A DNA stretch of 64,000 nucleotides from Octopus sinensis (lineage: Eukaryota), in NCBI RefSeq assembly GCF_006345805.1, contig NC_043015.1, forward strand, positions 36,766,001 through 36,830,000, given 5' to 3'. How positions within the stretch are numbered: the first letter of the stretch is position 1; the number at the start of each line of letters is the position of its first letter. The notes beneath the pieces are model-generated. The model was given only the letters and a program-made list of their open reading frames with translations. It was not told the origin of the DNA and ran no database searches. Position numbers and translations under genes: made by a program. This document shows positions 1 through 15,057 of this stretch, in pieces.

Positions 1-633
1 CCGTACCCTATAGCCCTATCCCTAGCATGGATAGTAAAATAAAAAACGTAATTGAAAAAATTACTTTTGTTGACCCGAGGAGGGGTGGGGAGAAAAATAT
101 ACTTTATTTCAAACAGAACCAATGTCCCTTTCAAATAGATGTCTATGTAACAAAGTTAATGTGATTACATCCTGAAAAGACAAATAAACTGCAGTAATTG
201 CCCAAAGATATTAAGTCTCACGAGCGGGATGTATTTACGAACACAAGTACGCCAGTAATGTGATTTTATACAGCTCGGCGTCTATTTGCAACATCAGTGA
301 TAGCTCAGTCAATTTGTTCCTATATAAGTAGCGACGCATTTTGACTTAGCAGTGAGTTACGTGCTACTGAAAATGTGCTGCATTTGTCAAAATGGTAGAA
401 ATGTACATCGACTCATCTGCTGATGTATTTTCCTCTCTTACTGATGTGTTTATATTTTTAATCATGGTGCATCAATAACAGATATTACCTTCGGGGGTTG
501 TACCGCGGATAATTTTCCTTTTGGTAACGTATTTGCAATAAGTAAAGTATGCTAAAAAGATGTCCTCTTTCTCTCTATATATATACATATACCATGCTCA
601 TTATGTAAACAAAATTGTGCACTATATATATAT

Positions 634-691
<58 letters not shown>

Positions 692-1537
692 CTTCATGTA
701 GCAAATCTATACCTATATATGTCATGCCTTCATCACTACGGTATCAATTCACGAATATACAGTTATACACGCTGTCAGTTGTTAGCACTAAATCACCACT
801 ATACAAATGCACATGGCCTACGTCATTTCTAGACGAACACATACTCAGACATAAATAGACACACACAGATACTTAGATGCAGTCATACACAGAGAGAAGA
901 GAGACATATGCACAGATATTATTCACACTTAAAAAGAAGTTCATTTTGCCAAGAAGTTTTCTTCAATATTCTTTTTTTTTATATTTCATGTTTCTTGTTT
1001 TTGCATCATTCTTTACATGATTTTTCGCTTTTTTATTTTCTTCTATGTTTATTCTCCATGTCTTTGGAATATTTTCATGTTCTTTCAAGCCTTGATATTA
1101 ACCTTTTATAGAGATATGAAAGTTCGGTTGAGTAATTCTTAGCTAACCCAAGTCATTTCTTTTAAAAATGTCTAAGCCAACCAAATGCATTCATTAATGA
1201 TATTTAACTTTCTTACATGGAATATTTATTTGGCTTCTTTTCCGTGATATCTTCGTGACTTGTATACCGAAAGATCACAGTTTGTATAGAGAAAAAATAT
1301 ACCATTTACAGAATATATTTCTCGTATCAATGTTGTCATTTTATATTTTTATACATTTTTATGTTGCATTTTTATTCGTTTCTTTTTGTTTAGATGTATT
1401 CATCGATCCAGAAAGTGATCGCTGCTTTATATCAAACTCTAACCTGAATGGCATTCCCCATAACAAAGATGGCTGCGAAACGGAGATATATTTGTGAGCG
1501 CACGCGTGTGTGTATGTGTATACATGTATATATAATT

Positions 1538-1587
<50 letters not shown>

Positions 1588-2502
1588 GCAGACACACATA
1601 TATATGCATAAATGACATCCCTACGTCAGATTGAAGGAACCATGACTTTTGTTGCTATTTTTATATAGCAGCTTCTACTGCTTGCCCCATAAATATTTGC
1701 GGATACATATGAAAGCTGACATAGAAATAAGGCTGTGTTGATACACAGGCTGTATCTCAAGGTAAAAGACAGTGAATCTACCAAAATCTTGAGTAGTATT
1801 TAATCCAAAATGGTTTAATCCACCTACTGGGAGATAATTCTGCATGAAATATTTCATAAACTTTATGAATTATTTGGACTTCCAAAATTCGTCGTATCCA
1901 ATACTAGAAACATTCTACAGCGAAGAAATTGATGGAAAATAATTTTTGTAACGCAATGGTAACTCGTGGCAGACTTTCGTCTTATTGAACCTCCTAAGTA
2001 AGAATTATATTAATTAAACATACACAAACTTTATCTACTCCGTGAACTTCGTGCTTCTCTTCAAGTTTTCAGAAAGAACGGGACAACTATTATGTGGTTG
2101 TTTGTGAAGTTTGATTAAGTTTCTGCACCAAGAGGAGACGAAAATACTCTCAATTTTTTTTTTCATTTGAGAGAAAAATGTAAGTCTCGTCGCAACAGTA
2201 TAAGAAAATATTATGTACGGAGATGAGCGGCAAAATACAATAACCTCCTTTATTAAGAATGGATGATACATTTATTAGATGTTGCAGTTTAAAAGGAATC
2301 CGTACAAAAAATAGGAAACAGAATATCCATAAGGAAGGGATACATGAGAAGAGAAGCCGTGGTACCTATTTACTGAAGTTGTTCCACCATCAAATATTAC
2401 ATTTCCAAAATTCCAGTAGAATCTAATGTGGTCACACGCCTAATATTAATTTATCCCTCAAAGGAATCCATTCCATCTCGAGGAGATGGTTACATTGTAC
2501 TA

Positions 2503-2644
2503 TTAGGTTGTCCCAAAAGTTCGTAAACACTTGCGAAAATTGAATTTTTACTCGCCAAGTACTAACAAAAACAACAAAAATTATTCCTCAAAATAAAGAC
2601 CATTATTTTCCAAGACTTTCTACGAACTTTTGGGACAACCTCAT
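2503..2644. mobile_element. Mariner-type MITE (~140 bp)
   Basis: Terminal inverted repeats ttaggttgtcccaaaagttcgta (2503-2525) and tacgaacttttgggacaacctca (2621-2643), with TA flanks. The TTAGGTTG start is typical of mariner TIRs. Confidence 0.8.
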
Positions 2645-3155
2645 ATATAGTCGTGCAGACTTCTAATAAATATGATGAGCATAGTCAGAAGACCTTTCAT
2701 GATGCTTTGCCGAATGGGGATAGACTCGACAATAACAAGAAATAGCAGAATTTTCCCCATTTCCCTCCCTAATGACAAAACTAGGTAAGATGAAGGGCAA
2801 AATACACAATGGAGTCCTACATACAAAATATCTGAAGCTGTATAAGCGATGGGCACGACTGGAAGGATTTCCATCATGGACTGCTACATCAAGGACAGCT
2901 CGAAGCAAAACAGCGACAAAAACGGTTCTACACTGGTGATGGTCCTGGATGAGTGGTTCTCAATCATTCTTTGCCGATAGAACTCCTTTCAGTCTAATAT
3001 TTCAGTCTACTCCCCTTCCATTACCATTCGCTGTGTATGGAACAAATCCTAAACTACGTTTGTAATTAAGTATTATTTGCAATTTTATGGAAAAAAATAT
3101 TTTGGTTATTGTAAGAAAGATTACAATTTTATTTATTGTTTGAATCTTTCATTCA

Positions 3156-3604
<449 letters not shown>

Positions 3605-4489
3605 GTTTGAACGTAAATTTTAACAGAATCCTTTATGAACCACAGAGGCTGCACAGAGACCTCGCGCCGTATGGAAACCAGATGAGAAGAAGTGGCCTAC
3701 ATAAAGATATTCCCAAGAGGAGACGAAAATTCTCTCAATTTGTTTTCTCTTGGGAGAGAGATGTAAGTCTTGTCGCATCAGTATAAAAAAGAATATTATG
3801 TACAGAGACTTAATTTTTTATAGAAATATATCCAATCTAAATAATCACGTATCAATTTTTTTTAAATATCTTCTGTCAAATTAGACAGCAAGCCAACAGA
3901 AAACTTAATAGAATTCAGAAGACGCAATTATAAAAATAGTATTCAATACTATTTACACTAATATAATACTAATTATAACAACAGCGTTTATGAGACGTTC
4001 TGGCTCAGCCGATTTGGCGCCTCCTGTATGGTATCACTGATCCGAGGCCGACTTATTTTGCTGCGGATTTAAAAAAATTTCTGTGACTTTAAAATTTCTC
4101 TTCTTCCTTTCTCCCTTCCATTCTCTCTACGTTTATTTGTATTTCTATTTATTTGTATGAGGTCGGTAAACGTATTTTATGTCAATTGCGTTCAATTTAT
4201 AAAATCTCTCTCTCTCTCTCTCTCTCACCTACTCTTTCTATCTCTGTGCTTATGTTTTTGAGCATCTGGCTGTGTTGGTTTGTTTAATATTCCTCTCAAG
4301 CTCTCCCTCCCTCCCTGTACTGCGCCCGATCTGTGTGTTTGGCTTGCCTCCAGCTAAAATACGCTGAGTGTCCTGCCAGCCAAATCAATCGCCTCCACAC
4401 ACCTGCACCCTATCGTCTCATTCTGCATCAATAAGTTTCAAAGCGCTCAACTTAGCATTAAGCTGAACCTATTTAAAATAACGATTTCA

Positions 4490-4697
4490 AATTTTGCCAC
4501 AGGGCCAACAATTTTGGACGTGAGGCCATTTCCATCGCATCGGCACCAGTGACCAACTAGTATTCATTTTATCAAGCACCGAAACCATGAAACGACACAT
4601 TGACCTTCGTGGTATTTGATCCCAAAATGTAAAGACGGACGAAATACCATTAAGCACTTTTCCCGGCGTGCTAACGATTCTACCAGATGGCCGCCTT
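4490..4697 (-). mobile_element. SINE family B (CORE-like), degenerate
   Basis: Reverse complement begins aaggcggccatctggtagaatcgttagcacgccggg and is homologous to the copies at 12615, 28371 and 37447. Confidence 0.7.
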
Positions 4698-4795
4698 CAA
4701 TTTACTTTAAATTGGGTTATATATATACATAAGTAATGTTAAATTTACAATTGCTTTAACTCTACGGTCACATGCAACGTTTAGAATATATATAT

Positions 4796-4871
<76 letters not shown>

Positions 4872-4879
4872 ATACACAC

Positions 4880-5085
4880 GTGTGTGTGTTTGTGTCTATT
4901 TCGTTTTTGCTCTGACCACCGCTCGAGGAATGGTGTTGATGCATTTACATCCTCGTAACTTAGTTACGATAGAATAAGCACCCGGCTTTGAAAATTTCCA
5001 CTGTGATCGATTCATTCGACTAAAAAAATTTCCACGTCGTGTTTCAACATGACACAGTCTGATGACTGAAACAGGTAAATATGAA
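4880..5085 (+). mobile_element. SINE family A-like 3' portion
   Basis: gtaacttag...gatagaataag...tgactgaaacaggtaaa matches the 3' end of family A. Confidence 0.55.
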
Positions 5086-5274
5086 AATAACGTTAGGTAT
5101 TATAACTTCAGAGCTGATTGCCAGACAAATACAATTTTTATTAGAACCTTTTCACGTGGGCTCTTTTGGCTGCACGCAACCAGATGAGTTATTGTTAGCA
5201 TTTTGTTAGTTATTTATTTGCTTATATTTTTCAAATTGTGAAGGTCATTTGAGGAGCCGCTTATAAATGACTTT

Positions 5275-5720
5275 CTTCTCTGTGTCAGTGAGATATGGAA
5301 GTGTACTGTCTACATCAGTAGAAAACTAGATACATTCCAGCGAAGACAAGTGAGAGGGATTCTGAGGACTTACAAGGAATACCAAATAATTAATGAAGAT
5401 ATTGTAAAAGAGAGCCAACCGAAATCTTTTAGGGAAGTCATTATAGAACGAAGATTAAAAGAAGCAGGTCACATACTACAGCAACCAGATTGTTATACCA
5501 TTTTGACAAAGCTGTGAAGTGGACACCACCGGCGGATACAAGAGAGGACGACCGAAAAGTACACGGTGAAGAGCATTCATAAACGATCCGAGAGAGGTCA
5601 CACTCACATGACTGGATGTAATATAAACTGCAACTAACAGAAACTAGAAGAGTCAAAACTGGAATAGCTCCGATCCTAGTTTTACTCAATGACTGCTGAC
5701 CTGGGGCTAAACAACAATGA
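5275..5720 (+). pseudogene. RTE-clade LINE 3' end remnant (post-RT region)
   Basis: Frameshifted translation gives RKLDTFQRRQVRGIL...RRLKEAGHIL...VKWTPP/GGYKRGRPKSTR, resembling the C-terminus of RTE ORF2. Confidence 0.65.
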
Positions 5721-6866
5721 AAATGAGAAGACTTCAAGAGTAGAATTCTTCAACATAGTTCTTAGAACTAAATTTAATCGATATTTCTATTTGTCCTTTA
5801 AAAAAAGAAATAATAATCTAAATCTGATTATTTTCGTATTATTTACTTTTGCACAATCTTCCCACATACTTATGAACTAAATCGATTTCTTTATATCGGT
5901 GTAAGGCCAGAAATTTATGTTTGATGAGAGAGAAGATTGTGTTAAATTAATGACTTTACCCAGGGTATTATCGATAGAAAGCAAAGAAAATCACCCCAGC
6001 AGAGCAGCACTTTCAAAGTGAATTGTGGACTTACTTTGCCGCGAGCGGTTTTGTTTTATTTTACTTGAACATTTAATAAGCAATTTCTGTAGCAATTACT
6101 TTCCTCCATTACTTCGTATGATAAAGAAGAGGTGATGAAGTGACTGATAATAAGGTGTCCCCGAATTACTTTCTCACTCCGCTTCATTTTCAATTTACGA
6201 TGTCCTCTCTGGTGTAGATTAAAATTCTCCTACGAATATAACACGAAAATAGAGATTTATTTTTAACCCTTACAGAAGCAAGACATAAATATATTGTTTT
6301 GTTGAACTTGTTGGGAATATACAAAAGCGTTCTGATCAAGAAAACTTATTTACATGAAAGCAATCCAAGGATGACCACTTCGACTATTAGGAACAATGTT
6401 ACCTAATTATAATACCCAGGTTCCTCGTTCATTGAAAAGCTCTTTAAGAGTGCCAAAGGAAAGGCATTTGGCTGATACATTCAGCAGCACAATCGAATAT
6501 TTAGAAACACCGTCGATAGCATTATTCAATGCAATCCATCCATGACCATGCAATTTTCCTTTTTAACAGTGTATGTAGGAAAACCTTGCCCTGCGTTTAC
6601 AATAATGGGTTTTTGATGGGGAGTACAATACTTCGTATGTTTCAAAGATTACGAGTACAAATAATTTCCTCAGCGTAATATACATACAGACATATATGTG
6701 TATTATATGAATTGCAATAATATACATTAAACTGTTCCTTGATGATCTATTTTCGTTGTGTATCGCAATGCAGCAGTGAACTTGGAAAGCTTAGAGCAGA
6801 GCTGAAAACAACCATAATTAATAGTGAAACGCGTGTAGGCACAATAATATAAACTTGTGCTTATTA

Positions 6867-7735
6867 GGTCTGATCAATAGGTATCCGGACTGTTGCTTTA
6901 ATAACGAAGCTAAAGCATGCAGAGTAAAGCCGCTTAGCAGAAACTGACCTGGAAGGAATTCTGTGCGCATCTGCACCAAATTTTAACGTCCTATCCCACT
7001 TCTGCTGTTTACAGTAGTGCTTGGTAGGAAGGTATGCAGCGAGTGATTGTCGCATTGACCATCACAAAGAACGCTGACATGGCGATACCTGCTCAAAGTT
7101 GGAGAAAGTGTATGGAAATGAGTCTACGAGTTGCACACATGTATACGAGTGGCTCAGATGTTTCCAAGATGGCCGAAAACATATCGATATTGACAAAAGT
7201 TCTGAGAGACCCACAATCAGCAGAACTCAGAAAAATATCGCAGATGTGCGTGCAGCTGTAAGGGGAAATTGTCAAATAGCCATCCGTAATTTATCAGAGG
7301 ATGTGCAGATTAGTTTCGGTTCAGTTCGTGCCATTATCACTGAAGATTTGGTTATGAGACGCGTGTCTGCCAAGTTTGTGTCAAAACCGCTTTCAGTCGA
7401 CAAAGAACACAGCCGAGTTTCAGTTGCACAAAATCTCCTTGATTGTGTTGAGAAGGATGAAAACATTCCGAAGACCTCTGAACAAGTATCGCCAGCCTTT
7501 TGCTAAAATTTGATGCCGATTCTTTGCTCAACTTTCTCTGCCATGATCAATGTGACGATTACACACTACACACCTTCTTTCCAAGCACTGCTGTAAGGAT
7601 CGGATAGGAGCTAGGACGTTAAAATTTCGAGTACGTGCACAATAGAGGTTTAGGTCAACCTGTACCAAGCATCTTTACTCTGCGTGATTTAGCTTCGGTT
7701 TTATGGCAACAGTGCGGATACTTATTGATCGGACC
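6867..7735 (+). mobile_element. Non-autonomous mariner derivative with very long inverted arms and an N-terminal transposase (HTH) fragment
   Basis: ORF 7099-7506 (VYEWLRCFQDGR...ERPTISRT...ISFGSVRAIITEDLVMRRVSAKFVSK) is mariner N-terminus. Arm 6867-7098 is the reverse complement of 7476-7735. Confidence 0.85.
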
Positions 7736-7760
7736 ATGCAGACTCATTTCCCATGAGCTT

Positions 7761-7826
<66 letters not shown>

Positions 7827-8624
7827 GTATGTGTGTGTGTGTATGTGTGTGCATACTCCTGTATATGTATTTTATGTATATTTATATGGTTGTTAATTGT
7901 CATTCCAGATAAAAATCAATCGTGCTTTTAAAGAGATTAAATGGTATTTCAGTAGTGGCAATTTCTTTAAAAACTAGACATTGGCAAATGTTAAAAATGC
8001 ATCATTGTGTAGAGGTTGTGGAATATTTTGAGTACAGGTGCAGCATTTCAAAGGTGCACAATTAAAGGGTGTCCATTTCGAGTATATGTAGATTTGGCTG
8101 TCATCCGATTATGCTGTAACCTGTGCAATTGCATTCTGCTACATCTCGAGTGGAACGCTACTTCTCGAGTGGAAGCAAACATGCATGGTTCTTAATTGAT
8201 GGATTACAGCAGATTGAGTTTTATTAACTAGCTTCCACATTGGTGCGAGCTATTGGTCAAGGTTACAATCCCGATATATTTTTCTATCACTTTCAAAGAT
8301 CTCAGTAGAATCCTAGAAGTTGCTTTTTGTGCTTTCTAGAAAATCAGGTAACAAGACATATTGAAATTCCTGTCAAATAGGATTGGAAAACGATTCATGT
8401 AAAACAAAACTAGTCTGAAGAAGTTCCTCCTCTACAACCACTTATTTCAGTCTTAATCCATCCACCTTCCTATTTTTTATTCACAGCTATGTTTAAGTTA
8501 TTTCGTTGCTGTAGTTTACCAAGTTAAACTTTTTCATCTGATTTAGTTGTCCTTCTTGTTATCTTGACATGACTGCAACAACACCAAATAGATCCCATTA
8601 AAAAGTTACTTATTTTAAAACCGA

Positions 8625-8919
8625 TCAGAACATCTTCAGCTTTGACGAAAGTTTCTCATTAATATATTTCTTCCCAGCTTCCGAGTCTGTTGTGTAATTT
8701 TGTTTATCATAAAGATTTTCTCCCTGTAACTTTTTCAAGTTTGAGTTTTTTGAAGAACTCCAGTCACTCAACATATATTTAGACTCTCTTAACTTCGCAT
8801 TGCTTTGAGATATCCGTTTTCGCAGAGCAAAAACTCTATTGACCGTATCTTTGTAAGGTGTCAGTCTTTTCACACATTGTGGCCGAACGTTTGACATATT
8901 GAAACGTCTTGTTTGTACT
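8625..8919 (-). CDS. Candidate terminal coding exon, unknown product
   Basis: Stop-free frame of about 110 codons in non-repetitive AT-rich DNA, with an acceptor-like tttccttccgaatcag upstream and AATAAA downstream near 8475. No homology recognised. Confidence 0.25.
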
Positions 8920-9133
8920 GATTCGGAAGGAAATTTTATCTCAGAAGCTCCCAGCTTTCAAGTCTCATGAGTTCCATCGCGTACCGTTATACCAGTCTTT
9001 TAAAAAGTATAACCTGTCAAATATTTTTTATCGTTGTTTCATCGTATATATTATAATACACACATGCATATATATATATATTATATATATATATATATAC
9101 ATGCTTATGTATAGATATAGATATATACACATG

Positions 9134-9181
<48 letters not shown>

Positions 9182-10129
9182 TATATATATATATATATAT
9201 TTATTACATCACACGCACATGCACACACATACATACATACACACATATATATGCAAACATATACACATATGTGTGAATGTTGATTCATGTAGTTACTGCC
9301 TGAACATGGATATTTTATTTCAGTTATCTAAAAGTATTGGTTCTTTTGAAACTTTGTAGCAAATGAGCAGACCAATGGCAAAGTATCAAACATACGACGG
9401 TTCCAACTCTATATAACAGGTGAAACAATGAACATAAAAAAAGAATTTCACTTTGTTGATAAACACCAAAGAAAATCTATGTGCGGTGCCTAAGTTCATG
9501 TTAGCAAACATGGAGGAAGGGAGATGGGAAATATAAAAAGAAAATAAGAAATAAAATGCAGGATAAGACGATCATGAAATATAATAAAGAAATTCAGGAT
9601 TCTGTGAAGATTGCGCTCGTAAATATACACACACACATACATGCATGTATACATCCATACACACATACACATGCACATACGCATTTATATACACATCTCT
9701 CTCCCCATATATGTGCCTCTCTCTGTGTGTGTGTGTGTGTATGTGTGTGTGTGGTGTATGTTAATAGGCTTTTTGCGTTTTTATATATTGTTTGCAATAT
9801 TCTTGATGTGAATGCACGTGTCGAAAGAAATCTTGTTGCGACTTGGAAGGGCCATCACGCCAACAATGACAACCACGCTAGTTCACTTCCACTTCTTTGT
9901 CCTTAATCCGCTGGGTACATATCTAACCAACTAACTAATCGATCATTTGTCTAATGCGCTGGTTTTTGTGGCTACGACGGATGGTATAGAGCCGGAGTGT
10001 GGGTTAGAGGATTCTTAGATGACAAGAGAAAGGTGCCACTGAAATCTACCCTGGGTACCGGAACAAGAATTGGATCAGTATACAAAGGGTTTGTGATAAA
10101 GCAAACTCACGGTAGTGGCAGATAAATAT

Positions 10130-10820
10130 CGGTGAGTGTTCTTTATAGAAGCCATTCTTCATGGAGTGTTATCCTGTAGGTTTAGTAAGGCTCTGACGGA
10201 CCTCAAACACAAAATTAAGATCGCTGAGAAACCAGGGACTTCCATTAGATCATACTTATTAAAACGTACCCTTTCAGCAAGACCACATGCACTGATAGGA
10301 ACAACCACAGGAAAAACAAAAACAAGGCAAGAACGCAAAGTATCCACACAGTTAGAAGGTACAGAAAAGGGGACAAGAAAACATCCAGACAGATGATACA
10401 AAAAAGAGAAAAAGAAAAAACAATGACGGGTCATTCGAAGTTTTCTTTCCTCAGTCGAGTTCCAGATTATCTTTGGAATTTCGGCTAGTTATACTCGAGA
10501 TTGCTCTAATTTGGTCAGCCCCAAGGAAAAACTAAGCTAAGAGCACTTGATTCCTTGGAAGAAAGCAGCGAATATATAAGAAAACAAATACGGAAAAAAA
10601 AGAAGGCAGAATGGCACACAGTACAAATGCAAATAACAAGGCATAACAAAAAGTCTTTCGACTAAGGACGAATTAAATTAAGCAGGCGTGTTGGAAGTTA
10701 AGCCTTACGGCAGGGACATAGAGGTGACAGGCATGGGGAGGAATACATGTTGCACGATGGTAGGCCCAAGAATGAAAGTCAGCTTAGCCGAACTGGTCAC
10801 GTGGAGAGGAGAGAGCAGAG
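10130..10820. mobile_element. Probable degenerate retroelement fragment (possibly Penelope-like)
   Basis: ORF 10136 segment KHKIKIAEKPGTSIRSYL weakly resembles the PLE RT-to-GIY-YIG linker. The assignment is tentative. Confidence 0.25.
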
Positions 10821-11039
10821 GGAGAGAGATAGAAGAATTAGGGATGGGCAGAAAAAAACAGGTGATGAAAAGAGGAGGGAAGGCGAGAATGAAGAGAAAG
10901 CCAGTAAAATGTGGGAGAAGGGAACGAAATAAGAAGTGAAAGAATGAAGTAAGTGTGAGGGTCTGATAGAAAGCGAAAGAATGAGAGAATGAAAGAATTA
11001 AAGAATAAGAGAGTCGTGCAATATATATATATGTATAAT

Positions 11040-11087
<48 letters not shown>

Positions 11088-11101
11088 GTAGTATATATAT
11101 G

Positions 11102-11132
<31 letters not shown>

Positions 11133-12614
11133 TATATATATATGATATATATATTATATATATATATATAGATATATATATATATATATATATATAAGGG
11201 CCCAATATACGTACGCTGCCATATGTATTAAAATGGAATACAAAAAAAAATGGGACAAGGAAGTGAAGAGCCAAGCAGACAGACAAAGGAGGAGATTATA
11301 TCTCTTCCGTCATAATGGAACAGGGCCTTCATGTTTACGGATCATAATTCGAGTAGTCACACACACACACACACATACACATAAACACACGCGCGCAGAC
11401 GTGCGCGCACACACACATATTCTTATGATTATGATGGTATATTATTAACAATAGTCATTATGATGATATTTGAAATGAAAAAATAAGAAAAATACAAAAA
11501 AAGAATCATAGTCAATGACTATTGCCTCTGGGCAGACTGTTGCCACCATTTGACTTATAATGTCAGCAGAGTAAAGAATGCATAGGATTCGATCCTATGG
11601 ATTTAAAACTAGCGATAAATAATCTTCTGATGACCTTCGGGTATACACATTATGGCACACACATTATATTCGTCACAAATGATGTTTCAGAAGTATAGTT
11701 ATTATGAAAGAGAAAATAGTTCACTTTGGTGTAAACTAATGAGAAGCAATTAGCAATCGATAAGTTAAACCTACATCAATACTCAGAATCCATTCCTGGA
11801 GATGTTAAGTGTAAGTTTACGCTCGGGAATTGGGCAGATACGCAATCGCAATAAATAAATGGTTAATTAAAAAATAGTATTTTAGGCTAGTTTCCATGTC
11901 ATTAGAATATCATTGTATTCTGAAGTAAAGAGTCTTTGCCGAAAAGTGTTCCATGTGATTCATTTGTACATTTGTCACCAAATTACCGTTTTCTAGTCTA
12001 TATTCAATTTGAAATACGTGCTTCTTTCTTTCACTGTTTCAAAATGAATACGTTTGGGAATATAATCTACTTAGCAAATAGTGTTAGTCAGTACAATACA
12101 TTGTTAGTAGCAGACACGTTCTTAGGTAAGAAGTTAGAATCCACATAATTTGTACGATCACATTTTGTCATAATTTAATCACTACTTATATACAATTTAT
12201 CTAATTAAAAATTAATTTCACTGTTTTTTTTTTTGTTTTTTTTTTATATATATATACTTAAATAAGTGCTAGCGTCTACGCTGAGGTCGATGACTTTCGC
12301 ACGAAAGTTACTTCATAGATTGTATTGGCAGATGTATTGATCTTACTTTTTTTTTTTACTTGAATGATAATGACATTTAAAATTGGAATAGAGATCTCGG
12401 CAATAGATTTCTTTTCTTTTATAGAGTACAGTTTCTTACGCATTGTACTCTTATTGTACACAAGATGTACTACGTTTTGTCAAGTAAAACAGTCAAACTT
12501 TTTCAATGAATGTTGATGGAAATAAATATCTGAATGCAACCTCTCTCTGTAAGTTTACCCCGGACAATTTTCTTGTAGCTATATTCGTCTCTTTTCTACT
12601 CTAGGCAAGATTTT

Positions 12615-12757
12615 CGAGGAGGGTACTAAATTTATCGACCCCGAAAGGATGAAAGGGAAAGTCAACCTCGGCGGAATCTGAACTCTGAACGTAAAATCAG
12701 ACGGAATACAGCTAAGCATTTCGCCTGGTGTGCTACCGTTTCTGCCATCTCGCCGCC
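12615..12757 (-). mobile_element. SINE family B (CORE-like)
   Basis: atcgaccccgaaaggatgaaagggaaagtcaacctcggcggaatctgaactc...ctgccatctcgccgcc matches the other family B copies. Confidence 0.85.
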
Positions 12758-13921
12758 TTTTTTCTATAATCATATTAGCAATGTTCTAAACATTTCCACT
12801 GGTGAAAACAAAGTCATTCCTCGTTTCTCGATTCCGTTGAAGCGAACATATTAAATGGCAAAACATTTGTGACTCTGAGATTTCTGTTTACGATACGAAA
12901 TGCTTCTCGACGTTCAAAGAAACTCGGATGAAAAGCTTGCGATGCCTCTGTGTAGCACCTGTAGTGTCTGCGTGGGGCAAATGAACTCCGGTATTTATTT
13001 TACTTATATGGAGAAAATGCATGGATTTGTACAATTACATCTCGTGGTATTTGTTATCTCTATACACATTCAGCTTAACTATCAAAAAAGATATCATACA
13101 ATCGACTTAGGCATACTAAAATAAAAAAAGTTCTGCCGTATTATTGTTAAATATGCCGAAGTATCTATCGGGTGGAGGAAATAGTTCCCTCGAAGGTATG
13201 CAGGGAGCGATGCCAGTAAATTCTGATTTATAATAATTCTATTGCTAACAAGTGTTGGGCTGCAATATTTTCTCTCGATGGTTCTCACTCCTAACTCTCT
13301 CTGGCTATACAACTTGCTGCCTTTATAGATAAAGTTTATACAAGTACAAAAAAGTGTTAACTAAAATGACATGTTTTCAACGTGTGTTATCTTTCAGATA
13401 AAAATATTGCCGGAGGTGGGGGGGGTGAAAAAAATGCTTTCAGTATTTCAAGCATTTATTGTCATTAGACTACGACTTGAGTAAACCACACACACTCACA
13501 TAAACATACACAGACACACGTACAAAGGCACAGATAGGAAAATGCGGTCTGCGTGTGTGTGTAAGTTTATGTATGTATATATATATACATATATGTGTGT
13601 GTGTGAGTGTGTGTGTGTGTGAGTGTATGTGTGTGAGTGTGTGTGTGTGTGTGTGTGTGTATACACACATACGAAAGTATGTATAGGGAGAGATAGAGAG
13701 ATAGAGAGACGGGCGAGAGAGAAATATACACGCTACACATATATGCATATACACAGGCGCATATATATTTACAGAGATCCATGAAAAAATACTGTCTTAG
13801 ATTGTTTACCTTTCAGAAACCTGTACGTATATATGTATGCATGTATAAATGTATGTATACATATTTAAATGTATATATATATATATATATGTAATATATA
13901 TATAAAACTTCGTATAATATA

Positions 13922-13979
<58 letters not shown>

Positions 13980-14023
13980 GATAAATATTACATACACTCG
14001 CACGCACATACACACATACACAC

Positions 14024-14059
<36 letters not shown>

Positions 14060-14320
14060 CGGAGCGAGTGTCAAGAGTGAGAGCGAAAGATGTATATATG
14101 TCCGTATGCATGCATGTATGTATCTATGTGTATTTGTATCGCACAAAGTCAGTAATTTCATAGACACCATAAAATGTAGTTAATAACTGATAGAGCGCTG
14201 GATATCATTCTGCACTCTGTGATTTCCAGAATTATCTAATTCCCAAAGTTCTGTTCCATCTTATCACAAATTATTTTTCCTACCAAACATACACACAAAA
14301 AAGAAACAAGGCACATACAC

Positions 14321-14398
<78 letters not shown>

Positions 14399-14825
14399 TG
14401 TGTGTGTTTACATATATTGACGTCTGTTTATCTGAATGCAATAAGAAAGGTAATATATAAGCGCTATACTACGGCAATCTTTTACACGTTAAGAAAGGAG
14501 ATAGCGGAATAAAAAAAGAACTAAATAAACGAATGATTAGTAGGGTGTATTGATATATACACACGTGATATATTGATTGACTCAGAGTGTGTATATGTGT
14601 GTCTGTGCCTTCGTGTGTTTAGATTTGATTTGCTGCGTGTGGGTAATAGAATTGGTGCAGATGTTTACGTCGTAATTCTGTTTTTGAGTTTGGGATGCCC
14701 TGCGGAACTGAATGGAAGTAGAGGCACTTGTCTACTGGTTTCTACGAGTGAATCACCATTTTCCTGTATATGCATCTATCTATGAAAACTTGTATGTAAG
14801 TATATTCAAATAAATCACTCAATTG

Positions 14826-14858
<33 letters not shown>

Positions 14859-14872
14859 CTTTCTCTCCCCTC

Positions 14873-14930
<58 letters not shown>

Positions 14931-15057
14931 TAATAATATGACAACAAAAGAACGAATGAGACCTCAATATTATGTAAATAGAGGAATTTATCTATAAGTA
15001 TATATGTATATATATGTATAAGTATATATATATATATATATATATATGATTTAGTCT

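Noticed and set aside
2700-2950. Possible RTE LINE 3' tail (DGHDWKDFHHG…)
   Set aside because: The similarity is too short and degenerate to support.
6795-6842. ctgaaaa…gaaacgcgtgta, a hammerhead-like fragment
   Set aside because: The core is degenerate and there is no stem I pairing, so it is too weak to call.
10425-10500. Minus-strand CTGAGGA-AAG-AAAA-CTT-CGAA motif
   Set aside because: GAAA is incomplete and no consistent stem I/III with an NUH site could be built.
11625-11695. cttctgatga…tcagaag as a C/D snoRNA
   Set aside because: It has a terminal stem and a C-box-like motif but no D box (CTGA) at the 3' end.
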